Shown: positions 26,148-37,733 of the stretch, piece by piece
How positions within the stretch are numbered: the first letter of the stretch is position 1
Layout: every line of letters begins with the position of its first letter
Origin: Octopus sinensis
Taxonomy: Eukaryota
Direction of reading: 5' to 3'
Assembly (NCBI RefSeq): GCF_006345805.1
Contig: NC_043000.1
Span: 111,600,001 to 111,664,000, forward strand
DNA: 64,000 bases
The notes under the pieces: model-generated
Database searches by the model: none
What the model saw: only the letters and a program-made list of their open reading frames with translations
Told to the model about the DNA's origin: nothing
Program-made: the position numbers and the translations under genes

Positions 26148-27569
26148 CCTTCTATATAATAAATTAATTTTACTCTGCTATGTATTGAGTACCTTATTAC
26201 TGTGGTTAACCCCGATCAACCCCGGGGACCTACATACTATATATATAATCATTTATGGTTTTCAAGATATTTTATTATTTGAGTCTCCAACTACACAATT
26301 CACCCACAATGCTAGATTTTATTCATTCATATGAACACACATACACATACACACTCTCTCACACATAAACACACGTACACACAAATTGGAATTGACAAGA
26401 ATTTTCTAGACAATGTAAATTTTAATAATTGCTTTCTTTCAGTAGAAGTTATATATTAATAACTAATAACAAGCAGGTTTCTTTATCATAGTATAGATAT
26501 CGACGGGGCGAATGCAAACTTTCAAATGTCGAGTACCGAAATGCTTCCAGGAAATTTCACTGTCATCAGTACATTAAGTCATCAATCCGCTGGAATTCTT
26601 TTGTCTGCTTATAAAGCAATTGTGCACGAATGCATCTAATATGTTCATAAAGCTCGGTGAAATCCCTGGTAGACTATGACGCAAAGCTAAACCGCGTTGA
26701 ACGGATATGTATTATGAACAACCAAATAAACTGATCGGGGTATCATGGTCTGCATATTGATCGGGTGCTCATCACTGAGAGGACTTGCTGGTTTGGTCGG
26801 CTATATGCAAGACTGAAGCAGATTGATTTGCTAAAGATTTCTGACAGCAATACGATCGATGGACTGTGACTCGAGGTTGAACCAGACTGGTGGACTTGGG
26901 TCCTAAGTTGGACCCGTCTTGTCTCCTACCTTTTCTTGAACTGTGGTTTGAGACTGAAACGGACTAATATGCTATCTATTTCGGGAAACTTGGAAAACGG
27001 ATCGATGAATTCCGATCTGAAGCTGAATTAGATTGATCTTCTACCTATTATTGGCAGCTATTTGAAGTAATTAATGGACTGTGGGATGAAACTGGAACAG
27101 GTCAATATAGCAGCTCTTGGTACAATCTACGCCGACTGTGGCCTGACAGTGACCGAGATTGATTTGGGCTTTTATCACTGACAGCTACGTGGACAATGAA
27201 TAAAGACTGAACAAAGTTGATGCAGTCCCCGTTACTGACAGTTAAGTGCCCTGTGGTGTGATAGCAAGCCAGATTGATGTGGTGGCACCTATTCCTGACA
27301 ATTTGCTGAACTGAGTCAATGTAAAGTAAAAGATGCTGATCTGAAGCAGAAGTAAACACCAACACGAGTGGTGCGTTGGGTTCTGTGATTCAACAAATGA
27401 GAGGACATGGCTTTGCTTACGGTTACATACAGTAGATACACATACAGACACAACACACATAGATAAATGTACTCGCGCGTGTAGGTGTGTGTGTGTGTGT
27501 GTTTGTATGTGTGCTACAGGCATATATGTATGTGTAAGTATTACTACATTCATATGAGTGTATATATAT

Positions 27570-27622
<53 letters not shown>

Positions 27623-27630
27623 TCATATAA

Positions 27631-27672
<42 letters not shown>

Positions 27673-27878
27673 TTATATTTCCACGTGTGAATATATTTAC
27701 CTAAATCCATAAAATCACATGTATGTATATATGTGTATAAGCATACGTACAAACGTATGTACATGCATATATAAAAGTACGTGTGTGTATGTTTTATTAC
27801 ATTCATATAAGTGTGTGTGTGTATATATATATGTGTGTGTGTGTGTATGTATATGTATCGTCTGTAAAAACATAGAGT

Positions 27879-27915
<37 letters not shown>

Positions 27916-28158
27916 CGTATACATTTATATTTCCATGTGTCGGTATATTTGCATGAATGTATATAGACACATGTATGTATATTGTAAAAATGTGCAAAGG
28001 CATACACACACACATGCACACATACATACATACATATGCATATACATCCATATGTATGCAAGTGTCAGTCGGTTTAGTACATGAATATTTATGCGTGTGT
28101 ACGAGAGCGTGTGGAAAGATATGTGCGAGGCTGGTGCATATATATGCGTCATTCCATC

Positions 28159-28192
<34 letters not shown>

Positions 28193-28959
28193 TGAATATG
28201 ACAAAAGAGTTTAGCCAGGCAAGCTATGATTGTCACAGCATATTACAGATCTTGAACCGCTCCTTCGCTCTTAATGTCTCAATTTGCACTCCTCTTTCTG
28301 TATTTCTACCCCTCTCTTTGTTTATCTTTCTTCCCCCTGCCTCTCTCTTTCCCTGTTATTTATGTATGACCTGCCAACGACCAACCCCAGAAGGAAACGA
28401 GCCGAAACTAAACCTGACAAACTGTGTAAGAAGCACAAAACCGCGAATGAATCACCGTTGCTTTGTGTTCCATATAAAGACGTCCAAACCCTCCGCCCGC
28501 ATCATCCCACCCGACCGGGGTCGCAGGTTTAGAGCCGATATGAAATGATGAGAGGTGATGTTTATGCCACTCTCCGTTACATTGCCGAAGCCTACGTGGA
28601 GACTCTTAACCTGCAAGAAATATCAGCCAAATCTCCCTCAAATCACACACTATCATCCTAAAAACGAATGGAGGTCGCGAAAATATAATTCTGGCTAGTC
28701 AAAAAGACGGGGGTGGTCACTCAGAGAACGCTCAGTCGGATAGACCCTTGAGACGAAACAAAAGCGAAATTTGCTATTGGGTACCTCGGAGATAATTGTA
28801 TGAATCAAGCATTCCTCAAAAGTATTATTATCAAAAATATTATTACCAAAAGTATCTATACATTATCAAAATAAATTTATTATTTATTATCAAAAATATT
28901 TATTTATATCCGATTCAATTTTCAATTTTACACATGCGCAGTTCATATTCAAAATTCAA

Positions 28960-29150
28960 TACAGAGTTATTACTTTTCTATATTTTAGAAATGAGGAATT
29001 CTGAACATTATTTACATTGGACGGATATGTGTCCTCCTCTTGTTTGTTGTTATTACAAAGTTTCGACTCTCCAGACTTCATCAGGTGTCTTGGTAGAATT
29101 TTTAACCCAGCCCTGGGTTCTCATTCCCAAGGTATTTTTTGCTGTTGCTA
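28960..29150 (-). mobile_element. 3' portion of the hammerhead-tail SINE family (stem II partly deleted)
   Basis: Minus strand AGACAC-CTGATGA-AGTCTGGAGAGTC-GAAA-CTTTG at 29052-29090. Same flanking tail sequence as 63121-63260. Abuts (TTA)n. Confidence 0.7.
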
Positions 29151-29188
29151 TTATTATTATTATTATTATTATTATCTTCATCATTATT

Positions 29189-29268
<80 letters not shown>

Positions 29269-29291
29269 CATTATTATTATTATTATTATTG

Positions 29292-29770
29292 AGTGAGAGA
29301 GCAGTTCATGCCATCAAAGTGACACTGGGGTAAAATATACGAAGCCAATATACCCTCATGACTACCCTCTGATAAGGGTACACCAGGCACATGCATCACA
29401 ACCATATGTGCGCGACATGGTGATCTCATATCAAGATAAACAGCACATGACCTTGCAGTGGGGCCCAGTTAGAATTTTCTTCAAGTTGAGTAGCCCCCGC
29501 TCAAACGGTCCCTGAATAAGGGTTGTTTAAGGAGTTGAAAAAACCACCCACGTTCCAAGGTGAATTATTCAAACCCCAAAGAATCCCTCTCAACACATGC
29601 TATGATGCTCCCCCACTACTTCTGCTCGTGATCAGAGATGCACATATCGTCAGCCACAAAGGGACATGCTCAACTGGTTAAGGTCAAATACCTGACAAGC
29701 AAATCTGTGGTATTGAGCAGAATATTTGCTGTACCCATCTTTTATACAAGAACAAAACAATGTACATGAT
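29292..29770 (-). mobile_element. About 480-bp non-coding retroelement segment flanked by (TAA)n
   Basis: Complex sequence bounded by (TTA)n on both sides, ending ...gcatgaactgctctctcactc-aataataat on the minus strand. Probably a LINE 3' UTR or non-autonomous element. Confidence 0.55.
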
Positions 29771-29792
29771 TATTATTATTATTATTATTATT

Positions 29793-30291
29793 CGGTAGTT
29801 TTATTTTTATAGCGTGCTTTCACTTCACTACCGAGCGCAGCTCTGTGCGCCTTGGGTTGTGCTGTGATTTGTTGTGATGCTCTGAATGTTATTGTATGGA
29901 AGTGTTCTGCGTAGGATGTGTGCAGTGCCTAGTAGTGCAATTTTCTGTATGTTATATGTGTTGTAAGTCCTGGTGTTTTGTTATGTATTTGTCTGAAGAT
30001 TTTTTATCATGCCTAATGCACCTACTATGATAGGAATTGTTTCTGTTTTCAGGTTCCACATTCTAGTTACCTCTATTCCAGGTCTTTGTATTTTGAGAGT
30101 TTCTCCATTTCTTTTAGAGCCACGTTGTCATCTGCCGGTATTGATACATCAATTAGAAAGCATTTTTTTTCTTCATGATCTCTGACAGCTATATCTGGTC
30201 TGTGGCCTTAATTTCTCTATCTGTGTGTATCGCATACCCAGAGTATGGTTGCTTCTCGTTTTCTGTGACCTTTTCTGGTGTGTGCCTATAC

Positions 30292-30292
<1 letters not shown>
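29793..30292 (-). mobile_element. 5'-truncated Dong/R4 LINE RLE domain within (TAA)n
   Basis: Frameshifted WYRHTPEKVTENEK..HTDREIK..RPDIAVRDHEEKKCFLIDVSIPADDNVALKEMEKLSKYKDL...IPIIVGALG...IQKIALLGTAHILRRTL. 3' end joins aataataat, 5' end abuts (TTA)n. Confidence 0.9.
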
Positions 30293-30328
<36 letters not shown>

Positions 30329-30384
30329 GATTATATTATTATTATTATTGTTATTATTGTTATTATTATATTATTACTATTATT

Positions 30385-30430
<46 letters not shown>

Positions 30431-30649
30431 TATTATTGTTGTTGTTGTTGTTGTTGTTAGATTATTATTATTATTATTTATTATTATTATCATTATTATT
30501 ATTATTTAAAAACTAGAGTCTAATATTGACTCCGTACCGATCAGATAATACTGTTCTATATTTTAGAGACGAGGAATTCTGTACATTATTTACATACATT
30601 ATTTACATTGGATATTCAGAGAAACTCCACCAGAAACTAGCTCATGTTC

Positions 30650-30738
<89 letters not shown>

Positions 30739-30844
30739 CAATAACAATAATAACAACATCAACAACAACAACAATAATAATAATAACATCAGCAAAAAAC
30801 ACCTTAGGAATGAGAACCTAGGGTTGGGTTCAAAATTCTAACAG

Positions 30845-30890
30845 GTCACCTGATGAAGGCTGGAGGGTATATCAGCCGAAACGTTGTGGT
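30845..30890 (+). ncRNA. Minimal hammerhead motif, second copy of the SINE tail
   Basis: GTCAC-CTGATGA-A-GGCTG(loop)CAGCC-GAAA-CGTT-GTGGT. Stem I pairs fully, with two G-U wobbles. Lies in a tail fragment at 30790-30945 that follows (AAT)n. Confidence 0.6.
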
Positions 30891-31223
30891 AACAACAAAC
30901 AAGACAGATATACGTCCAATGTAAATAATGTAAATAATGTACAATGTTACTATGTTTCTCCACAAAATTGTTTTCACAAAAGAATCGTATGATCACAGGC
31001 TTTTCTTATAAAATATCTTGTTTAATGGACTAAAAGACGCATTGGCATATTTGATGCGTCTCGATTCCAACGGCGTTTTATTCAAGAAAAAACGTTTTTA
31101 ATGCATCAAAGCGTGAAATAAAGCTCCATAGAGGACCTGAGGTGATATTCGAGATATCTTTTTTTCTTTTCGGCAAAAAATACGTATCATATTCCATCAA
31201 ATGTGATAGCTAACATAGGCATA

Positions 31224-31318
31224 GGCATGGCTTATCGGCGCAGGCATGGCTTATCGGCGCAGGCATGGCTTATCGGCGCAGGCATGGCTTATCGGCGCAG
31301 GCATGGCTTATCGGCGCA
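31224..31318 (+). repeat. Five perfect 19-bp tandem units at the 5' end of a family-B SINE
   Basis: GGCATGGCTTATCGGCGCA x5, running directly into the SINE head at 31319. Confidence 0.95.
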
Positions 31319-31690
31319 GGCATGGTTGGGTGGCTAAGAAGCAAGATTTGCAACCACGTGGTTCCGGGTTCAGTCCCATTACGTGCTACCTTAGGCAAGT
31401 GTATTCTACTAAAGTCCCGAACCAACCAATGCCTAGTAAAATTAATTTGGTCAACGGAAACTGTGTTGAAGCCCGTTATATGTATGCGTATGTATGTGCC
31501 TTTGTGTTTGTGTGTCTGTCACACCACCACTGTTTGACAAGGTATTGACATTCTTAAGTCCCCCATAACTTAGCTGTTTGGCCAAAGAGAATGATATAAT
31601 AAATGCTAAACATTAAAGATGTGCAGTGTAAGACAGTGCTCCAGTGTGGCCGCAGTTAAATGACCGAAACAAATAAAAGATAAAAGATAA
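31319..31690 (+). mobile_element. Family-B tRNA SINE
   Basis: ggttccgggttcagtccc B box, ccttaggcaagtgtattctacta, 3' gctccagtgtggccgcagttaaatgac...taaaagataaaag. Confidence 0.8.
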
Positions 31691-31842
31691 CCTTATTTTT
31701 TGTTGTTATTTTTTGTTTTGTTGTTTTTTGGGGTTTTTTTGTTATTTAATCGGCAGAAAACTTTGTAACGTCTGCTTTTCAAATGAAAAATACATACGAT
31801 CATGCTTAGAGTTTTACTTTTTCCTCATCACATATCTTTCTC

Positions 31843-31880
<38 letters not shown>

Positions 31881-32028
31881 TCTCTACATATATATATATA
31901 TGTGTATATATATATGTATATATATTATATATATTATGTATATATATATATGTGTGTATATATATATATATATATAATATATATATATATATAATATATA
32001 TATGATATATATATATATGTGTATATAG

Positions 32029-32073
<45 letters not shown>

Positions 32074-32080
32074 ATATATA

Positions 32081-32126
<46 letters not shown>

Positions 32127-32128
32127 AT

Positions 32129-32262
32129 ATCTGTAAATGTAATATGTGGCAATTATTCGGTAGCCATGAATAATTGTCACATATTACATTTACAGATAAA
32201 TTCCTCTATTTACATAATATCGAGGTATCTTTCTTTTGTTGTCTTACCATTTCTATCATTAT
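32129..32262. mobile_element. Collapsed copy of asymmetric fold-back family C
   Basis: 69-nt palindrome atctgtaaatgtaatatgtggcaattattc...gaataattgtcacatattacatttacagat plus a 65-bp unpaired extension. Flanked by (TA)n. Confidence 0.75.
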
Positions 32263-32317
32263 ATATATATATATTATTGTGTCTGGGGAAATAGATATAT
32301 ATGTGTGTGTGTGTGTG

Positions 32318-32357
<40 letters not shown>

Positions 32358-32620
32358 CTGTGAGCTGACCACTAGAGACCCCACATCTAGAAGCTATCTT
32401 GCATCAAGAACTAGTCTCAAATCTTTTCCTCTTTTGGCATCTGATGAGATGGACTTGTCTCAAATGCCCCCGAATCTCAAAATCAGATGGGACTCAGTCA
32501 AACTGTAACTACTACCAAATGCGTTAAGTGCCACTTTCATTTGTCCACTCACTATCTATCAATATATATACACATATTATTATATATATATATATATATA
32601 TCTATATATATATATATATA

Positions 32621-33076
32621 TAATTGATAGAAATGGTAGGCAGCGAAAGAACGAAAGAGATCTCGATATCATGTAAATAGAGGAATTTATCTGTAAATGT
32701 TGATATGTGACAATTATTCGGTACCCATGATAAAACTCCGAGTTTCAGATGTCGAGGCGGATGAGCATATGCATATAGGCACATATACGTGGGTGTTCGG
32801 CCGCGCATCTATATGTATGGACATGCGCACTTACGCGATTGCTATGAGCATTTTTACTCCTTTACCTTTTACTCCCTCCCCTTATTTAGCGGTTATTCTA
32901 ACAGCTCTTTTGTCTTAATAACGGTCAATCACACAGAAATCTCCCTATGTTTAACGGTCATTTTTCATAGCATTTTTTGATGGCCCGAAATGCCGCTGCG
33001 TGTTTCCGCCCTGACATCTGAAAGTCAGAGTTTTATCATGGCTACCGAATAATTGTCACATATCATATTTACAGAT
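32621..33076. mobile_element. Asymmetric fold-back element, family C
   Basis: Unpaired extension 32621-32688. About 70-bp IRs at 32689-32757 and 33006-33076. (TA)n at both ends. Confidence 0.8.
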
Positions 33077-33393
33077 ATATATATGTGTGTATATATATTT
33101 ATATATACCAACAAGTATATATACTAAATATATACGTTTTTATTATGATTTTGCAATTTACTTAATCATCGGTATATTATTGTTATTTTATTTTTATTCT
33201 TTCTATTATATGTAATTTTCTAGATGGTGTAATTTAATTGTTCATTTGGAATTGATAAAAGGTGTTTTTTTTCTAATTTTTATATATATATTATATTTTG
33301 TGAAATTTGATTTAGTATTTCTAAATGAATTTTTCCCTGTAAGTTAGGAATAATATTCCGTCAAATTACTATTATAATTATCATATATATATA

Positions 33394-33425
<32 letters not shown>

Positions 33426-33465
33426 GTTGTATGTATGTATGTATGTATGTATGTATGTATGTATG

Positions 33466-33496
<31 letters not shown>

Positions 33497-34012
33497 ATAT
33501 GTATATATCGTCTAATTTAGAATTTTTCTAAAAATATTATTGGCGGCCGATTTGCTTTTACGCATACTTATTATTCTAAAATTCAAATTTCTGCTCTAAC
33601 AGCACTTACTCACGTACGAATTAGAATTTTTAACATTTTAAGTAATTCCTGGTAATACAATTTTGTTCAGTTCAATATATAAAAACGTAATTTAGAATAA
33701 TTAAGAGAATAATTCAATTAATGATCAAATTATAGCTGGATAATAAACATTTCCAAGCGTTCTCAACGTTCTTATGCCTGGTGACAAGACAAGTATCATT
33801 TATTTTTCTGAATTATTTAAAATCATTTTATTGCGAAGAATTGAATTAAATTGCATTAATAATGCTGAAATTAATACGTATTAAATTGTATAATAGTAAA
33901 TTGTGTTAAATTTTATTATTAATTTTGATTCGCATTGTTCTTCGTTTAAGTTCAAACTTCGAATATGAATGCTACTACATCCACACGCGTGCACTCACAC
34001 ATATAATCATTA

Positions 34013-34081
<69 letters not shown>

Positions 34082-34318
34082 CGATATAGTGTATATTTAT
34101 ACACATAAGGAATCCACTTAACGTGAATTCAACACATTAGAAAGAACAGCTAGGTTCTGTAAACCACAAAAATAACGGATAAAATTCGACAGGAATAAAT
34201 TTGGAAATGAAAAACGTTTACCATCTAGTACCCTGGACCAATTGGTTTCTGATCATCTTTTAGCGAGTCAGGGGGAACTCACAAGGTCTGATTTTCTTCA
34301 GCAAGGTCCAACCTAGGG

Positions 34319-34494
34319 TTAAACATATCCAACAGGAGACAAACAAGGCTACTTGTCTCGTGTTCATACGAACTAACTTTTCAAATTTTACTGCGCAGAC
34401 GCAGTCCATTCGCTGGCTACAATGAAAAACCGCCAACTTTTAACCGAAAATTATCCAAGAACTTACTTGTTTGTCTCCTGTTGGATATGTTTAA
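34319..34494. mobile_element. MITE with 29-bp TIRs
   Basis: ttaaacatatccaacaggagacaaacaag / cttgtttgtctcctgttggatatgtttaa. Confidence 0.85.
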
Positions 34495-34859
34495 TATATA
34501 TATACACACACATAAGAGGAGTGTAACGTTCCTATAAGAAAGATGAGAAGTAATGTGCTGGTAAGGAAAGGAAGTAGGTCCTTTCTTTCCCTTTCTCTCT
34601 CACTCATTCACTCACACACACTCTCTCTCACTCTCACTTTCTCACTAGCGCCAGTGAACTTATCAATCAACCCCGATAGACAATTCTTTTCTCTTTAATG
34701 AAAGAATTCTACCCGAAACGTCGTACTTCAGCTTGGACGGTATGGAATATGTGTAAAGTATACAAGTAAATTATGTCAATTCGTAGAATAAGGAAAAGAA
34801 TATTTTAGCTTTGGAACATTGTGTAAATAAAACCATGCATGCATACATAGCCACAATAC

Positions 34860-35327
34860 TTTTCTACTCTAGGCACAAGGCCCAAAATTTTGGGGCAGGG
34901 GACCACTCGATTAGATCCATCCCAGTACGCAACTGGTACTTAATTTATCGACCCCGAAAAGATAAAAGGCAAAGTCGACCTCGACGGAAAACTCAGAACG
35001 TAAAGACAGACGGAATACCTATTTCTTTATTACCCACAAGGGGCTAAACATAGAGGAATACCGCTAAGCATTTCGCTCAGCGTGCTAACGTTTCTTATTT
35101 TTTATTGCCCACAAGGGGCTAAACATAGAGGGGACAAACAAGGACAGACAAAGGGATTAAGTTGATTACATCGACCCCATTACGTAACTGGTACTCAATT
35201 TATCGACCCCGAAAGGATGAAAGGCAAAGTTGACCTCGGCGGAATTTGAACTCAGAAGGTAGCGGCAGACGAAATAGCACAAAGCATTTCGCCCGGCGTG
35301 CTAACGTTTCTGTCAGCTCGCCACCTT
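34860..35327 (-). mobile_element. Cluster of nested family-A SINEs
   Basis: Three overlapping copies or fragments. A 35-bp tail fragment (35020-35054) is flanked by a GGAATACC duplication. Confidence 0.85.
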
Positions 35328-35499
35328 ACATAGCCACAATACTAACGACAAAATACTGAAATATCGTAAAGTCTCACCTAATAAGTGAATTTGATTGATT
35401 GAATAGGAATTGCAATCACGAAGGCCATGCAATTAAACAGTGTGGACCTCTCTCTTTCGCCACCCTCTCTCTTTCTCTCTCTCTGTCTCTGTCTCTCTC

Positions 35500-35573
<74 letters not shown>

Positions 35574-35580
35574 TAGATAT

Positions 35581-35896
35581 CAAAATAAGCAACAGGATAT
35601 CAAAAAGTGATGCAGTACGACCGTTTCAAGCAGCTCCATTTAATTGAACAATGCAATCATTAGTCTATTCTTAGCTACAATAAAGACAACATGGATTTCT
35701 TCCGTTTTCGTGCTCTGTTAAAGTATTTGAGTAAATTTATATTAATGTGTCCGACTGATTGAAATTCTATTTCTTTATTTGTGTAGCTGATGATAGCCCT
35801 ACATTTAAATTGATGTAATGATTGCATTGTTCTATTAAATGAAGGCGCTTGAAACGGTCGTACTGCATCAGTTCTTGATATCCAGTTGTTTATTTT
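35581..35896. mobile_element. MITE with about 80-bp TIRs
   Basis: caaaataagcaacaggatatcaa..gatgcagtacgaccgtttcaagc / gcttgaaacggtcgtactgcatc..ttgatatccagttgtttattttg. A solo TIR lies at 54360-54450. Confidence 0.75.
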
Positions 35897-36015
35897 GATT
35901 TTATTCACTTTACTTCGAGTTGTGAGGATAATACCGGACTGACTTGGCGCTTCAAATTAAGTACCTAATTCAAATGAATCTCAATTAGATATATATATAT
36001 ATATATATATAGATA

Positions 36016-36091
<76 letters not shown>

Positions 36092-36930
36092 ATATATATA
36101 TATGAATATATAAGAGATTTATAGTTGAACGAACAACAGGATTAGCCGTCGTCGAAACCGACGGAGGATCATTTTAATATCATTATTTATCTATTTGTTT
36201 TTATTTATTTTTCTTACATTTAACTCTGCAACACGGTGTTTGTTTTCTTAATAATTTCGAACACGGGAAATTGTTTTCTCAAGTCGACCATCCTAAACAT
36301 TGTCGCTCCAACACTCGATATCTCTCTCCCTCTTTCTATCTTTCTCTCTCTCGCCCTCTTTTTCTCAGTCCCTTTCTCTCTTTTCCCCTACTCCCCACTT
36401 CCCTCTACCTTCACAAAATTCCCTTTCCGTTCTCTTACTCCTGCTGTCTTCCAACGACTTATTCTAATTTTTATTTCCTTTTTATACATCACACATACAC
36501 ACACACACATACACACACATTCACAAACAATATATGTATAAATGTATACAAAAAAAGAGACAAACAGACAGACAGACAGACAGAGAGATACATATGTCAG
36601 GTAGGTCAAATATCCGATAACCAGAGACCAACAACTGATAGCCATGTAAACCGAACAATCTGAACATGGTCGGCTCGTCCGTAAGTAAATCAACAATCCC
36701 ACCCGCCTAGATTGCTTGGTAAAATAAGAAAGGATTTGAACTTCCTGCAGAAAGGAAAACAAAACCTACCAGAAGGCCAAAAACCTCAAATAGGTTAAAC
36801 GGCTATCCATTTGAGAAGTGCCGTGTTTGTAGCCCCAGCCTATCCTTGCCTGCTTTTACAGCTTTGAGCATTTAGAGAGGGGCATTCGTGTCATACAAGG
36901 GCACTCGTGTCACACAAGCGTTTTTTGTTT

Positions 36931-37200
36931 TTATTTCCTTTCGTGCCACGTGGCACATAAGGCTTCCACTCTCTCACTTCGTGTAGCCCTGTCGATGGCT
37001 GTGGTTCGTATCTGGTTCCACGTTCCCCATCCAACCGCCCGTCTGGGATTCCTCTCCAAAAGAATGGCGAACAGTATCTTGATATTCGCACCCGTGCTGC
37101 GTCCGTCACAACCGAGGTGATATGTCCACCCTGCTTCGCATCTCGAAGGAGCGCACACATCGACGCGACGTGGAGGTGCGACAACGGAGTTTATTAACAC
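36931..37200 (-). mobile_element. RTE-clade LINE 3' end
   Basis: ...GWGTWNQIRTTAIDRATRSERVEALCATWHERK* matches the typical RTE ORF C-terminus (A-x-DR-x-x-WR..VEALCATWH). Confidence 0.75.
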
Positions 37201-37394
37201 CTAGGGACACACTGAGCACCTTAAACCAGCAGCTATAGAAACAAATTTCGTGTATAAGTACCGTGTGTTCTTTTCCCCCTGAAGCACAAATGAAGTCTCA
37301 GGGTTCTTGGAAGCGCAAACGATGTACCTTCGAGGTGCCGGTCTGGGCGACGTACCTTTCGATGTTGCAACGTATCATGCGCATCAACCACAAT

Positions 37395-37590
37395 GAATTA
37401 TCCTTTTCTACACTAGGCACGAGGCCCGAAATTTATGGGGAGGAGGTCAGTCGATTAGATCGACCTCAGTACGCAACTGGTACTTAATTTATCGACCTCG
37501 GGGAAATTTAAACTCAGAACGTAAAGACAAACAAACTACCGCTAAGCATTTCGCCCGGCGTGCTAACCTTTCTGCCAGCTCGCCGCCTTG
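37395..37590 (-). mobile_element. Family-A SINE with internal deletion
   Basis: Head ggcggcgagctggcagaa...gggcgaaatgcttagcgg on the minus strand, variant tail. Confidence 0.8.
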
Positions 37591-37687
37591 CGACAATGAA
37601 ATATCGCAACTTCTGTAACTTCCCTCGCTCCTGATAGCGCGAAGATTCATTGTAGGCTGGCTCAGTAGCAGCAGCAGCAGCAGTAGC

Positions 37688-37733
<46 letters not shown>

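Larger units (their letters stand above)
24831..26165. repeat. About 1.3-kb inverted duplication (palindrome) centred near 25535
   Basis: Unique segment 24831-25040 mirrored at 25900-26165. Microsatellite interior also mirrored (cacagcacactagtccctatat / atatagggactagtgtgctgtg). Arms differ mainly by small indels and TA-run lengths. Confidence 0.95.
29150..30505. repeat. (TTA)n arrays (29150-29291, 29770-29792, 30293-30505) hosting retroelements
   Basis: Direct inspection. Confidence 0.9.

Noticed and set aside
34262-34315. 30-nt minus-strand exon phase-compatible with 42320-42360 and 11595-11812
   Set aside because: The acceptor lacks a pyrimidine tract and overlaps a MITE end. Phase agreement alone is weak evidence.
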